The notes below the pieces were generated by a model that was given only the letters and a program-made list of their open reading frames with translations, had not been told where the DNA came from and searched no databases. A stretch of 64,000 nt of DNA from an uncultured Verrucomicrobiae bacterium (GTDB taxonomy: Bacteria; Verrucomicrobiota; Verrucomicrobiia; Palsa-1439): NCBI GenBank assembly GCA_963812605.1, contig CAWEWF010000001.1:1-64000 (forward strand). Direction: 5' to 3'. Of this stretch, positions 33,293-43,721 are shown piece by piece. The position numbers and the translations under genes are program-made. Numbering within the stretch: position 1 is the first letter of the stretch; each line of letters opens with the position of its first letter.

Positions 33293-34147
33293 TCAGGATT
33301 TGCCGACGGTATTGGCGCTTTCGCTCGCTTCTACCCGCCGGCGAAGTTTGCGCAGAGCAATTTCCTGAATCTGGCGGACGCGCTCGCGGGTCACTTTGAA
33401 TCTCTTGCCGACCTGCTCCAGTGTCCTTGGCGACTGACCGTCCAGACCGAAACGCATCGTCAGGATTTCCGCTTCGCGCGGATCCAGGTATTTGACGTGC
33501 TCACGGATCTCCTGGCGCATCGTTTTCACGCGCAACAGTTCGTATGGGGTCAGGGCGCCATCGTCCTGGACAATGTCACCAAAACGGCTTTCGTCCTCGT
33601 CGCCAATCGGGGCGTCGAGGCTGATGGGACTTACGCCGAGTTTGCGGAGCGCAGCCACCTTGGCCGTCGAGATGTCCAGGGACCTGGCCAATTCAGCGTC
33701 ACTCGGCTCGCGACCGAGTCGCTCGGTGAGTCTCTGAATTACCCGATTCAATTTGTGCACTTTGTCCACGATGTGGACGGGCAATCGAATGGTCTTTGAT
33801 TGGTTCGAGAGGGCCCGGCGAATCGATTGCTTGATCCATAAAGCGGCGTATGTGGAAAGCTTGGCGCCTTTCCGGGGATTGAATCGCTCGACAGCTTTCA
33901 TCAAGCCGATGTTGCCTTCGTTGATCAAATCCAGCAACGGCATGCCGAAATTCGCATAGTCGTGAGAAATCTTTACAACCAGGCGCAGATTGGCCTTGAT
34001 CATCTGCTCGCGGGCGCGCTTGCTGCCGCGCTGCACCTGCGCCGCCAGCTTGTTCTCCTCCTCCCGCGTCAATAGCGGGGTCTTCCCAATCTCCCGCAAA
34101 TAAAGCTGGAGGGCGTCTCCGTTTTCGTTGTATCGGTCAATAACCAT
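33293..34147 (-). CDS. sigma-70 factor, RpoD/SigA family, lacking region 1.1
   Basis: YLREIG, ANLRLVV, DLINEGNIGL, TIRLPVH, TRERVRQI. Confidence 0.93.
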   Translation of the reverse strand: MVIDRYNENGDALQLYLREIGKTPLLTREEENKLAAQVQRGSKRAREQMIKANLRLVVKISHDYANFGMPLLDLINEGNIGLMKAVERFNPRKGAKLSTYAALWIKQSIRRALSNQSKTIRLPVHIVDKVHKLNRVIQRLTERLGREPSDAELARSLDISTAKVAALRKLGVSPISLDAPIGDEDESRFGDIVQDDGALTPYELLRVKTMRQEIREHVKYLDPREAEILTMRFGLDGQSPRTLEQVGKRFKVTRERVRQIQEIALRKLRRRVEASESANTVGKS

Positions 34148-34185
34148 AACTTCTTTCCGCTCTTAATGCTGCGCCATCTGCCCTG

Positions 34186-34213
34186 TTAGATGCCACCCGG
34201 CTGGATTTGGTTC
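34186..34213 (-). promoter_or_regulatory. candidate ECF-type promoter upstream of the sigma factor gene
   Basis: GAACCA-17-TCTAA, resembling the sigmaE-type GAACTT/TCTAA consensus. Confidence 0.35.
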
Positions 34214-34352
34214 AAAAACCTCGAAACTGGGTGATTACCGGTGGTTTGATCCGTGATAGCTCGAAGCGGAAATCCATCGGCACAGATTTGCTGCGCAATG
34301 AGTTGGCAATACCGGCAGAGTGGCGTTTGGGGGAATGCGAGGGAAACAATGA

Positions 34353-35483
34353 TTATTGACCGGTGACGCGAAGATGCATGAATCTCCTGCCACTGGTGGC
34401 GATCGGATTGCTGGCGTCACTGGCCTTGTTGGTCTGGGTGATGCCGTCACTGCCCAGCACCGTTTGCGTGATGCCGTTCGTGCTCCACGGTCCGCCGGGG
34501 TCGCCGGCGGCTTCTGGGGTGTAGATGAGGTCGATCGCGGAAAGGACTTTGGTGTAGGTCAACGTCAAGCAGCCACAACCCGGATCAATTTGCGTCGTGG
34601 GTAGTCCGGCTGCACTGGCCATATTCGGATTCAAATTCAGCGCGTACTCCAACAAGTTAACGATCCCGTCCCCGTCGGGATCGGCGAGGTCGCCACTGAT
34701 GGCGGTATTATTTGCGTTGGTGCCAAACTCAGCGAGCAGCCAGGCGTTGAACGGCGTGTCGTGGATCGTGACCGTGGCGCTGGTGGGCGCGGCGAGGTTG
34801 TACGCGCTTGAATTCAACAAGGTCAACACCACCGTCTTGTCACCCTCGACCACACCGTCCGCCAGCGGGACGATGGTGACATTCGACGGCATGGAATCCG
34901 CGCTCGTGACGAAATTCGTGATGAGACTGTAATTGACCCCGTTGCTGGCCGTGCCGCTGATCGCATAATTCACCACGAGGCTGAGATCGCTGCCCCCGAT
35001 ACTGTTAACCACAAAGGAGCCGGGCTGGGCCCCGAATTTGAAAGCGTTGGCAACATTTGCCTGGATGCTGACGTCAATCGTCGAGACTTGGAATGGTTGT
35101 GTCGCCAGATTGCCGGCGGCAAAGATGTTCGACCCGCCCAGGATGGTGACGGCCCCGAAGTAATCGCCCGCCGGGGTCGTGGGATTAACGGTCACTCCAA
35201 AAACGACATCGCTGTAGGTTTGGCCGGCGGACAAGATGCCGGGAACATTGGCAAAAAAGGCATTGGCGTCGGATGTGAAATTGCTGTTGGCGATGAACTG
35301 AATACCGTTCAAGTACAAATCGTTGGTCGGGTCCGTGTTGCTTAAAATGCCGGTGAAAAACACTTCGTTGCTCCGGGCGGACGCCCGCACCGCCGGCGTG
35401 AGCACGAATGACAGGTTTGCGCGCGCTGTGGCGTCGGCTAACACCAGCGTCAGACCGACCAGGAGAAATGATTTCAGGCGCAC
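34353..35483 (-). CDS. secreted protein with Calx-beta-like domain and conserved C-terminal domain
   Basis: signal peptide, VNYAISGTASNGVNY..DGVVEGDKTVVLTL, ADPDGDG..NLLEYA, ends RRFMHLRV. Confidence 0.85.
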   Translation of the reverse strand: MRLKSFLLVGLTLVLADATARANLSFVLTPAVRASARSNEVFFTGILSNTDPTNDLYLNGIQFIANSNFTSDANAFFANVPGILSAGQTYSDVVFGVTVNPTTPAGDYFGAVTILGGSNIFAAGNLATQPFQVSTIDVSIQANVANAFKFGAQPGSFVVNSIGGSDLSLVVNYAISGTASNGVNYSLITNFVTSADSMPSNVTIVPLADGVVEGDKTVVLTLLNSSAYNLAAPTSATVTIHDTPFNAWLLAEFGTNANNTAISGDLADPDGDGIVNLLEYALNLNPNMASAAGLPTTQIDPGCGCLTLTYTKVLSAIDLIYTPEAAGDPGGPWSTNGITQTVLGSDGITQTNKASDASNPIATSGRRFMHLRVTGQ

Positions 35484-35495
35484 GATTCGTTTCCC

Positions 35496-37040
35496 TCACT
35501 GGCGGATCGCGAACAGAATGGCGTTGTTGATCGCATACACGGTCCCGTCGACCCCGATCAAGGTGGGCGTGTAGGCTTCGCCAATTCCCGTTGTGAGCGT
35601 GAAGGTTTCGGAAAGCGTATTGGAGGTCAAATCCCAGCGGTAGAGTTTGCCGTCCTCGCTGCCGGCCAACACGGACTTGGTGAACGGATCGACCACCGCG
35701 GTGTTGATACACCATTCCCGCACGCCGGGCAGCGAAGTATTCGGCGTGGGACCGAGAATGGTCAGTATTTCCTTCATCACTGTGGCACCGGTCACTGGGT
35801 CAACTTCCGTATTCAGGGGATCCAGAACGGCAATTTTGTTGGATCCGTTTCCTCCAACTCCGTAATCGGCATAGTTGTTGTATTTGGTCACCAGCAAATA
35901 CGACGAACCGCCGTGGTAAGAGGAAACGACGGCAGACGGGACGATGGAAGCCGTGTCGTCCCAACCGAAGGCTCCCGGAATCTTCGCCTGACTCAGCGAG
36001 CCATTAAAATGCAAAAGCCAGCCACGATCGTGATTGACGCAGCATTGATATTCAAACACGCCGAAGTAAACATCGCCGTCCGGACCGACCGTGGGCGAGG
36101 CCGTGCCGTCGTCCGGCAAGGCGGCGTCCTGGGTCGGAAACCCCGCATCCTTTAACCGGACTTTGGCGATCGGCGCGAGCGTGCGGCTGTCCACCGCCAC
36201 CAGGTAGCCGTAACTGAAATTGCCGGCGTTCACGGCGAAATACAGGGTCTTATGATCGTTGGCCAGCGCCGGGGCACAGTTCTGAACAACCTTGTTCATC
36301 GTCGCGTCACCGGCGGCATTGCTGGCGGCAATCCACGTACCCGCGCCGTTAACGTCGATCCGGGCAATACCACCCTGGAGGTTCACCGGTGTGGAGTTAG
36401 TGACTTGGAAGCCGAAGTAGATGTTCCCGTACCGGTCCGATGTGATCGGTGTATCGATGAACACATTCGATAGATACGCACTGGGATTGGCATTGTAATT
36501 GGTCAGCCCGTAAAAGGCGATGTGGCCAATGACAGGGAGATTGGTCGAGTCGGGGGAATCGCAGTAGTAGACCGTGCCACCGCCGCCGGGAAAATAGATC
36601 CGGTTTTTGGGGGTCAGCGTTGGTGAAAAACTCGGCGTCCAATTGTGCGGCGGCAGAATGTAATCCGTGGATTGCATCCAATTCGTCGCGCCCGTTGTCC
36701 CGACGCGTGATTCGATGCGAAATCCCCCTGCACTGGTGGTTTTCACCGGCACGATGACGGTATTGGAACGCGTGATCAGCGGCGAGCCATAGTGGATGTA
36801 TAGTTCGCTCGTGTTATTGGTGGGCACACTCAAATCCATCGATGTCTGCCACACGGCGCGATGCAGCGGTTGGGATGCTACCGGCGAAATGGCGCTGTGT
36901 TGCGGATCGTGAGCGTAGTCGCTCCAAGGCACCCGGATGCTTTGCGCCCGCGCGCTCGCAGGCAACAGCAAACCGACAACCGCAGCCGCGTGCAACGCAA
37001 GCTTCAGTCCGCCAGTAATCCTGTTCACACCCTGTCCCAT
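35496..37040 (-). CDS. secreted beta-propeller-like protein
   Basis: signal peptide (ASARA), SPTVGPDG.VYFG, YTPTLIGVDGTVYAINN. Confidence 0.8.
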   Translation of the reverse strand: MGQGVNRITGGLKLALHAAAVVGLLLPASARAQSIRVPWSDYAHDPQHSAISPVASQPLHRAVWQTSMDLSVPTNNTSELYIHYGSPLITRSNTVIVPVKTTSAGGFRIESRVGTTGATNWMQSTDYILPPHNWTPSFSPTLTPKNRIYFPGGGGTVYYCDSPDSTNLPVIGHIAFYGLTNYNANPSAYLSNVFIDTPITSDRYGNIYFGFQVTNSTPVNLQGGIARIDVNGAGTWIAASNAAGDATMNKVVQNCAPALANDHKTLYFAVNAGNFSYGYLVAVDSRTLAPIAKVRLKDAGFPTQDAALPDDGTASPTVGPDGDVYFGVFEYQCCVNHDRGWLLHFNGSLSQAKIPGAFGWDDTASIVPSAVVSSYHGGSSYLLVTKYNNYADYGVGGNGSNKIAVLDPLNTEVDPVTGATVMKEILTILGPTPNTSLPGVREWCINTAVVDPFTKSVLAGSEDGKLYRWDLTSNTLSETFTLTTGIGEAYTPTLIGVDGTVYAINNAILFAIRQ

Positions 37041-37164
37041 TGTTCTCACCCGCGAACCGCGTTCCGAAGGATACAAGCAACGAGTGTACCGGGCAAGCCG
37101 AATCCCGGTCGCTCGGGGAATGTTCTAAATAGGGACACTGTCACACAAACACGGCCTGAGTCAG

Positions 37165-37926
37165 CTATTGTGACGGATTCACCAACTTGGGAGGCGGCGG
37201 CGGGGCATTCGTCGGGGTGATGTCAACGATCTGCATACAGTTCAGATAGCCACCAACGCTGGAGTCTCTGTTCGTTCCCTGGAACTTGATGTACATGATG
37301 CCGTTGTTCTGCGGTGAGATCCGGCTAATGGTGGCTACCTTGTTCGAATTGTGGGCCCCGGGGTTGCCGGGACTCTGTACATAGAGACTGATCGAAGCGA
37401 CCACCCTCGAATAACTCGCGTCGCGGCAAACGGAGTAGGTCGTGTAATCACTGGCGCTGTATTTATGCGATCCAAAGAAGGTCAGCAAGTAAACCTTCGT
37501 CGGATCCAGCCCTTGAATTTGGAAAGTTGAATTGACATAATAGTCATACACGGCTTCATTGATGCCCAGGTAGCCGAGCGCGTCCGTGTCGATGACGCAG
37601 GCGCTGGGATTCTGAGTCGCTCCAGAGGGACCGTTGTAATAGTCTGTTCCGGCTGCGGAGTCAAATACCAGACTCATGGTCGTCACTCCGCCGGCGGCGT
37701 TCGTCAGAGGGCTATTAAGAGCGCCCGCCCAAACACTGTTCCAGAAATTCCCCTTTCTATCCGGACTCGGCGTGTTGGCGCCGCGGTAGCTCTGGTTGTT
37801 CCCAAAATCGAGCAAGATGGTGCCGCTTGGCGGCGGCACTTCGGAAACCTTCACCTTGGCAGAAACCGTCGTCAGCGGAATGGCCGCGCAACTGAAGATG
37901 ACCGCCAGTCTGACGATACGATTCAT
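37165..37926 (-). CDS. secreted hypothetical protein
   Basis: signal peptide MNRIVRLAVIF, ILLDFG, GLDPTKVYLLTFFGS, Pro-rich tail. Confidence 0.75.
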   Translation of the reverse strand: MNRIVRLAVIFSCAAIPLTTVSAKVKVSEVPPPSGTILLDFGNNQSYRGANTPSPDRKGNFWNSVWAGALNSPLTNAAGGVTTMSLVFDSAAGTDYYNGPSGATQNPSACVIDTDALGYLGINEAVYDYYVNSTFQIQGLDPTKVYLLTFFGSHKYSASDYTTYSVCRDASYSRVVASISLYVQSPGNPGAHNSNKVATISRISPQNNGIMYIKFQGTNRDSSVGGYLNCMQIVDITPTNAPPPPPKLVNPSQ

Positions 37927-37974
37927 TTTCACACCTGGATGAAATTTGGCTGACCACCATCCTATTTGTCCAAC

Positions 37975-39030
37975 AGGAATTCGGTTTTGCGGAGGGTTAA
38001 GAAAGTGCATCACCAGGCGTATGCCTCGGGCGCAGGACCTCCCGGCCCCGGGAAAATGGCGTCCAGATCCTTCAACATCGCCCCGCCAAGCTTCAGTTTC
38101 AGGGCTTTCAGCGCCGTGTCCACCTGGGTCTTGGTGCGCGGGCCTATGATGGGCGCGGTCACGGCCTTCTGGTGGAGCAGCCACGCCAGCGCCACCTGCG
38201 CCGGGTCCAGCTTGCGCTTGGCGCACCATTTCTCGTAGGCGACGACCTTGGTGTGGTTGGCCTTCAAATCGCGCGCCGCGTTGGCGTCGGCCCTGCGGCC
38301 GCTTTTGGCGCTGGCAGCCCCTCCGGCTAGCGCGCCGCCCATCAGCGGCCCCCAGGGGATGAGGCCCACGCCGTACTGCAGGCAGGCCGGAATTACCTCA
38401 AGCTCGGGCGTGCGGCATATCAAATTGTAGCGGGTCTGCTCGCAAACCAGGCCCATAAAATGCCGGCTCTTGGCGGCCTCGTTGGCGGCAGCGATGTGCC
38501 AGCCGGCGAAGTTGGACGAGCCCACGTAGAGCACCTTGCCCGCCTGCACCAACTGGCTCATGGCCTGCCAGATTTCCTCCCAGGGCGTGGCCCGGTCGAC
38601 GTGGTGCATCTGGTAAAGGTCGATGTGGTCGGTCTTCAGGCGCTTCAGGCTGGCCTCGCAGCCCGCCTTGATGTGCAGGGCCGACAGCCGCGAAAAGTTT
38701 GGCCACTCGCCCATGTCGCCGTAGACCTTGGTGGCGAGCACAACCTTCTCGCGCCTTCCGCCGCCCTTGGCGAACCAGCGGCCGATGACCTGCTCGGTCA
38801 GACCCTCGCCCCGCTTGCCTCCGTAGACATCAGCCGTGTCGAAGAAGTTGATGCCTGCGTCCAGAGCCCTGTCCATCACTTCATAAGCTTCCGGCTCGGT
38901 GGTCAGCCAGGGCCAGTTCATCGTGCCCAAGCAGAGCCTGCTGATCTTCAGTCCTGTGCGTCCCAAGTGCGCGTATTCCATCACCTTCCTCCGTTAACTG
39001 ATAGGAATTCGGTTTTGCGGAGGGGGTTAA
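37975..39030. repeat. about 26-bp direct repeats AGGAATTCGGTTTTGCGGAG(G)nTTAA flanking the aldo/keto reductase gene
   Basis: copies at 37975-38000 and 39003-39030. Confidence 0.8.
38010..38981 (-). CDS. aldo/keto reductase
   Basis: LCLGTM, FFDTADVYG, LATK, DHIDLYQMH, GSSNF. Confidence 0.95.
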   Translation of the reverse strand: MEYAHLGRTGLKISRLCLGTMNWPWLTTEPEAYEVMDRALDAGINFFDTADVYGGKRGEGLTEQVIGRWFAKGGGRREKVVLATKVYGDMGEWPNFSRLSALHIKAGCEASLKRLKTDHIDLYQMHHVDRATPWEEIWQAMSQLVQAGKVLYVGSSNFAGWHIAAANEAAKSRHFMGLVCEQTRYNLICRTPELEVIPACLQYGVGLIPWGPLMGGALAGGAASAKSGRRADANAARDLKANHTKVVAYEKWCAKRKLDPAQVALAWLLHQKAVTAPIIGPRTKTQVDTALKALKLKLGGAMLKDLDAIFPGPGGPAPEAYAW

Positions 39031-39220
39031 CCCCACATTTCCCATACGCCCCGCGGCCATCACCGGCCATTCAGTATTTGACCGATTATAGTATTCTCAC
39101 TCAGAGTGCCATCAAGCCTTTTCTCGGCTCTAAGACTCGCTTCCTGACTCTGGGGGAGACGGTTCCAGCGGATACGGATAATTGCCCAAATGAAGAGACC
39201 GCCGTCGCTTATCATTGCTT

Positions 39221-39250
39221 GCGAAATTCCCGATTGCGAAATTCCCGATT
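39221..39250. repeat. perfect 2 x 15-bp tandem repeat GCGAAATTCCCGATT in a divergent promoter region
   Basis: direct reading. Confidence 0.8.
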
Positions 39251-39297
39251 TCGTGTAGAATGCCGGAAGTGGCATCGCAGACAGGGGATGATGGCGA

Positions 39298-40020
39298 ATG
39301 AAAATGTTGCTGGCGAGTATCACGGTCGCTTTTTTCCTGACGGGCGCTTGTCTTCACGCCGAGGAGAATCTCCACGGTGATCTTCTTGAACTGCATTCCT
39401 GCCAGTTATACATCGGCGGCTGCATCGCCTCATCAGAATCCCCACAAGACGGCAGGTATTTGCTACGGGTCTGGAATTTCACCGGCGGATCGCATGCGGG
39501 AATCGCATTGCGCGGTTTGCAGGTAGCGTTGTTGGAAACCTCCGACGAGAATCTCGCTTCTCGCGAAACGATCCCCAATGCGGCCATGGCCTATTTGCCG
39601 CAATTCGCCACTCGCGCCCAAACGTCGGCGCTCCTTGATTGGTTGAAATCCACCAATCCAGAACTCGCCCGCCTCAAGCTATTGACGCGCACCGTTCCCA
39701 TGCAATTGACCAGCACCCATGGCGCGGTTTCCTTTTCCGCGGGCGATTTTCTACAGATGGAAGTCCGTCCGTTTCAATCTTGCGGCCTCGTCAGTTGCGG
39801 CGAATCGCTTTGGTACATGCCGCGCTCCTCTACCATCTCTTACACGGTCGGCGTCACCAGCAAGTCCGCCGTCAATGAGCCGACACTCGCCTTGCGGTGG
39901 ATCGATCACGGCAAGAACAACGTCTTCGAGGGTCGTTTCGGCGAAGGCACAACCGCCCCGTCCGTATTTCAGCCGCCCGCAATCGCCTGCGCCGTGGCTG
40001 ATCACCCAGCGCATGAGTGA
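39298..40020 (+). CDS. secreted Cys-containing protein (DUF1326-like)
   Basis: signal peptide, GDLLELHSCQLYIGGC, C-terminal CGLVSCGE; overlaps the next gene. Confidence 0.65.
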   Translation: MKMLLASITVAFFLTGACLHAEENLHGDLLELHSCQLYIGGCIASSESPQDGRYLLRVWNFTGGSHAGIALRGLQVALLETSDENLASRETIPNAAMAYLPQFATRAQTSALLDWLKSTNPELARLKLLTRTVPMQLTSTHGAVSFSAGDFLQMEVRPFQSCGLVSCGESLWYMPRSSTISYTVGVTSKSAVNEPTLALRWIDHGKNNVFEGRFGEGTTAPSVFQPPAIACAVADHPAHE

Positions 40021-40678
40021 GCCCTCCCACAACGAGCCGGGCCTCGCCGAAATCAGCCGCCGCTCGTTCCTGAAGGGTTTGGGCACCGTCGTCGTCGCTT
40101 CCGCCGCGGTGCCCGTGGGTGCGGTCGCCGCCGGTGTCGAGGAAATGGGAAATCTCGGCGCCGAGAAGACCCTCGGCCCCGGCCCTGTCCCGGTCACTCT
40201 CACTGTCAATGGCAAGCCGCTCAAACTGAATCTCGAACCGCGGGTCACGCTCCTGGACGCGCTCCGCAATCATTCCACCCTGACCGGCACCAAGGAAGTG
40301 TGCGACCGCGCCACGTGCGGCGCCTGTACCGTTTTGCTGGACGGGACTCCGGTCTATTCATGCATGAAGCTCGCCGTCGAAGCGCAGGGCCACGCGATTA
40401 CGACCGTCGAGGGTTTGGCGGACGCCGGCGAACTCACCCCTGTGCAAAAGGCCTTCGTCGAAGGTGACGCATTGATGTGCGGCTACTGCACGCCCGGGTT
40501 CGTAATGACCGTGACCGCGCTCTTGAAGAGAAATCCACATCCCACGGCGAATGAAGTGCGGACCGCCTGTTCGGGCAATCTCTGCCGTTGCGGCACGCAA
40601 GCGCGCATGCTCACAGCCACGCTGAAAGCCGCTGGTGTGACGGTTGCAAACACAGTCGAGGTCATCCGCCATGCTTAG
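40013..40678 (+). CDS. xanthine dehydrogenase family 2Fe-2S subunit with Tat signal (PaoA/YagT-like)
   Basis: SRRSFLK, CDRATCGAC, CGYCTPG, CRC. Confidence 0.92.
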   Translation: MSEPSHNEPGLAEISRRSFLKGLGTVVVASAAVPVGAVAAGVEEMGNLGAEKTLGPGPVPVTLTVNGKPLKLNLEPRVTLLDALRNHSTLTGTKEVCDRATCGACTVLLDGTPVYSCMKLAVEAQGHAITTVEGLADAGELTPVQKAFVEGDALMCGYCTPGFVMTVTALLKRNPHPTANEVRTACSGNLCRCGTQARMLTATLKAAGVTVANTVEVIRHA

Positions 40679-42758
40679 CTGGCCGGAAAAACGGCAGGTG
40701 ATCGGGCAGGGAACGCAGCGTGTGGACGCCCCCGCAAAAGTCACCGGTGCGGCCAAATACAGTTCCGATGTCCAGCCCGACGGCTGGCTCTATGGCATGA
40801 TTTATCGGTCACGTTGGCCCGCCGCCAAGGTGACGAGCATCAATCTCGAAAAGGCCAAACAAATTCCCGGCATCAAAGCCGCCGTCGTCGAGCGCGATGG
40901 CGAGCGGACCGTCCGCTTCTACGGCGATGAACTGGCCGCGGTTGCGGGCACCTCGAGACAGGCGTGCCTCGACGCGCTGCTCGCCATCGAAGTCGAAGCC
41001 ACGCCACTGCCGTTCGTGGTGAAGGAAGAAAAAGCCCGGAATCCGGATTCGCCACGAGTGTGGCCCGACGCGGCCAATCTTTCCGAGCCGAATGTGAAAG
41101 AGAAGGGTGATGTCGACAAGGCGTTCGCCGCGGCGGCGGCGGTCGTCGAAGGTTTCTTTACGACGCCGACCCAACTTCACCAACCACTCGAAACCCACGG
41201 CAACACCGTTTCCGTGACCTACGACGGCGTGACCTGCTGGGCCTCGACCCAGGGCATTTTCAGCGTCCGCGATGGCCTGGCCGATTATCTCGAAGTGCCC
41301 CACGAAAGGGTCCGCGTCATCACCGACTACATGGGCGGCGGTTTCGGCGCGAAATTTGGCCCGGGCGCGGAAGGCGGGCTGGCGGGACGGCTCTCCAAGG
41401 CGGCCGGCGCGCCGGTCAAGTTGATGTTGACGCGCTTCGATCAATCTCTGGCCGTTGGCAACCGTCCCTCATCCTTTCAGCGAATCAAGTTGGGCGCGGA
41501 CGCGGACGGCAAGCTGGTCGCCTTTGAGATGGATGCCTTCGGCACCGCCGGTATCGGCGCGGGTTCGTCCTCGGCGGGCGGCGGCGGGGGCGCTGGTTTT
41601 CCGGCGCCGTACATTTATGTGGTTCCCAATATCCGCGTGAAGCAATCCTCGGTCGCGATCAACGCCGGCCAGTCCCGCGCCTTCCGCGCGCCCGGCCATC
41701 CCATCGCCTCGTTCGGCATGGAATCGATCGTCGACGCGCTGGCGGCGAAGTTGAAGATGGATCCGGTGGAACTGCGCTTGAAGAATGACCCGAACAAGAT
41801 TCGCCAGCGCGAATACGCCATCGGCATCGAACGCTTCGGCTGGAAACAAAAATATAAACCGCCGGGCTCGTCGTCGGGGCCGATCAAAGTGGGCATCGGC
41901 TGCGCGGGCGCGACCTGGGGCGGTGGCGGGCACGGCTCGGAAGCGGAAGTGCGGATCAACCCCGACGGGAGCGTGGAAGTCCGCTGCGGCACGCAGGACT
42001 TGGGGACGGGTACGCGCACGCTCGTGGCCGTCGTCGCCGCGGAAGTTTTTGGGCTCAAGCCGGGACAAATCACCGCCAAAATCGGTGATACGCAGTTCCC
42101 GCCCTCGGGCGGCAGCGGCGGCAGCAGCAGTGCGGCGTCGGTTTGCCCTGCCATCTACGACACTTGCACGAATGCGCTCCGGGACTTGCAGGAAAAGTCG
42201 GGGATGGCCGACGCGCGCGGGGAGAATTGGTTGGCAGCCTGCCGGAAACTCGGCGTGAATCCGCTCACGTCACATGGGAAATGGCAGGAGGGGCTTTCTT
42301 CGAGCGGCGCGGGCGGCGTCCAGTTCGCCGAGGTCGAGGTGGACACCGAAACCGGCTTTGTGAAGGTCCGCAAAATATTGTGCGTGCAGGATTGCGGACT
42401 GGTCGTTGACAAGCTCACCTGCGAGACGCAGATCAACGGCGGCGTCATCATGGGCCTGGGCTATGCGCTGTATGAAGAGCGGGTGATGGACTCCGCCACG
42501 GGCGTGGTGTTGAATCCCAATTTTGAAACCTACAAGGTGCCCAATTTCGCGGACGTCCCGGAGATCGAGGTGATCTTGATGGACATGCCCGAGCGCGGCG
42601 TGATTGGCATCGGCGAACCCGCCACGATCCCGACCGCTGCGGCGATTGCGAATGCCGTCGCCAACGCGATCGGCGTTCGCGTCAACAGTCTCCCGATGAC
42701 CCCGGCCCGCGTCCTTGCCGCGTTGGGCAAGGTCGGGAAAGCGGACGCAAAAGCATGA
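40671..42758 (+). CDS. xanthine dehydrogenase family molybdopterin-binding subunit (PaoC/YagR-like)
   Basis: KVTGAAKY, GGGFG, AFRAPG, QDLGTG, GIGEP. Confidence 0.93.
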   Translation: MLSWPEKRQVIGQGTQRVDAPAKVTGAAKYSSDVQPDGWLYGMIYRSRWPAAKVTSINLEKAKQIPGIKAAVVERDGERTVRFYGDELAAVAGTSRQACLDALLAIEVEATPLPFVVKEEKARNPDSPRVWPDAANLSEPNVKEKGDVDKAFAAAAAVVEGFFTTPTQLHQPLETHGNTVSVTYDGVTCWASTQGIFSVRDGLADYLEVPHERVRVITDYMGGGFGAKFGPGAEGGLAGRLSKAAGAPVKLMLTRFDQSLAVGNRPSSFQRIKLGADADGKLVAFEMDAFGTAGIGAGSSSAGGGGGAGFPAPYIYVVPNIRVKQSSVAINAGQSRAFRAPGHPIASFGMESIVDALAAKLKMDPVELRLKNDPNKIRQREYAIGIERFGWKQKYKPPGSSSGPIKVGIGCAGATWGGGGHGSEAEVRINPDGSVEVRCGTQDLGTGTRTLVAVVAAEVFGLKPGQITAKIGDTQFPPSGGSGGSSSAASVCPAIYDTCTNALRDLQEKSGMADARGENWLAACRKLGVNPLTSHGKWQEGLSSSGAGGVQFAEVEVDTETGFVKVRKILCVQDCGLVVDKLTCETQINGGVIMGLGYALYEERVMDSATGVVLNPNFETYKVPNFADVPEIEVILMDMPERGVIGIGEPATIPTAAAIANAVANAIGVRVNSLPMTPARVLAALGKVGKADAKA

Positions 42759-43718
42759 AGTCCTTCCAATACGTTTCTCCGCGCACCGTCGACAGCGCCG
42801 TTTCGCTGGCCGCTGACCAGGGACGCTTCCTGGCCGGGGGTATCGACATTCTCGGCGAGATGAAGGACTACATCGCCAGCCCGCGGTTGCTGGTGAACGT
42901 CAAGGACCTGCCCGGTCACCCGCGAGATTACTTCCGGCAAGGAATCCTGGACGATTGGCACGAATGTCACGATTGCCGAGATCGAGCAACACGCGGAATT
43001 GAAGCGCGTTTTCCCTGGCTTGCAGCAAGCCGCGGCGGAGGTCGGTTCGCCGCAGATTCGAAATGTCGCCACCGTCGGCGGCAATCTCGCGCAGCACTCC
43101 CGCTGCTGGTATTACCGCCATCGCGACATCCGCTGCCTGAAACGGGGCGGTGACACCTGTTATGCGCGCGACGGGGAGAATAAATATCACAGCCTGTTTT
43201 CCGGCAACCCGTGCATCAGCCCGGTCGTGTCCAATCTCGCCATCGCGCTGGCCGCACTCGACGCGAAGGTCATCGTCCGTCGCGGTAAGGAAGAAGTGGC
43301 GATGACGATCCCCGAATTCTACGCGAAGGCTTGGGAGAATCCCGAGGCGCACAATTCGTTGGCAGGAACCGATTTGATTCTTCGCGTGCAAATCCCCGAC
43401 GCGGGTCGCCAAAGCGCGTATCAACAGGTCAGCGAAAAGGCCAGTTTTGACTGGGCCCTGGTCAGTTGCGCCGCCGCCGCGAAAGTTGATGGCGGTAAGT
43501 TGAGCAAAGTGCGCGTCGTTCTCGGCGCGGTCGCGCCGATTCCCTGGCAGGTCCAGGCAGCGCACGATTTTCTCGAAGGCAAGAAGCTGGATGACGATGT
43601 CGCCACGCATGCCGCCGAGATGATCCTGAAGGACGCCGCTCCGCGGGAGCACAACGGCTACAAAGTGCCCATCGCCCAGGCGCTGATTCGCCGAACCCTG
43701 AAACTACTCATCGGGTGA
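42755..43718 (+). CDS. xanthine dehydrogenase family FAD-binding subunit (PaoB/YagS-like); frameshift near 42920
   Basis: LAGGID, QIRNVATVGGNL, RCWYYR..C.K.GG..C, LGAVAPIPW. Confidence 0.9.
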
Positions 43719-43721
43719 ACC

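Noticed and set aside
33182-33799. 205-aa plus-strand ORF
   Set aside because: Antisense shadow of the sigma factor gene.
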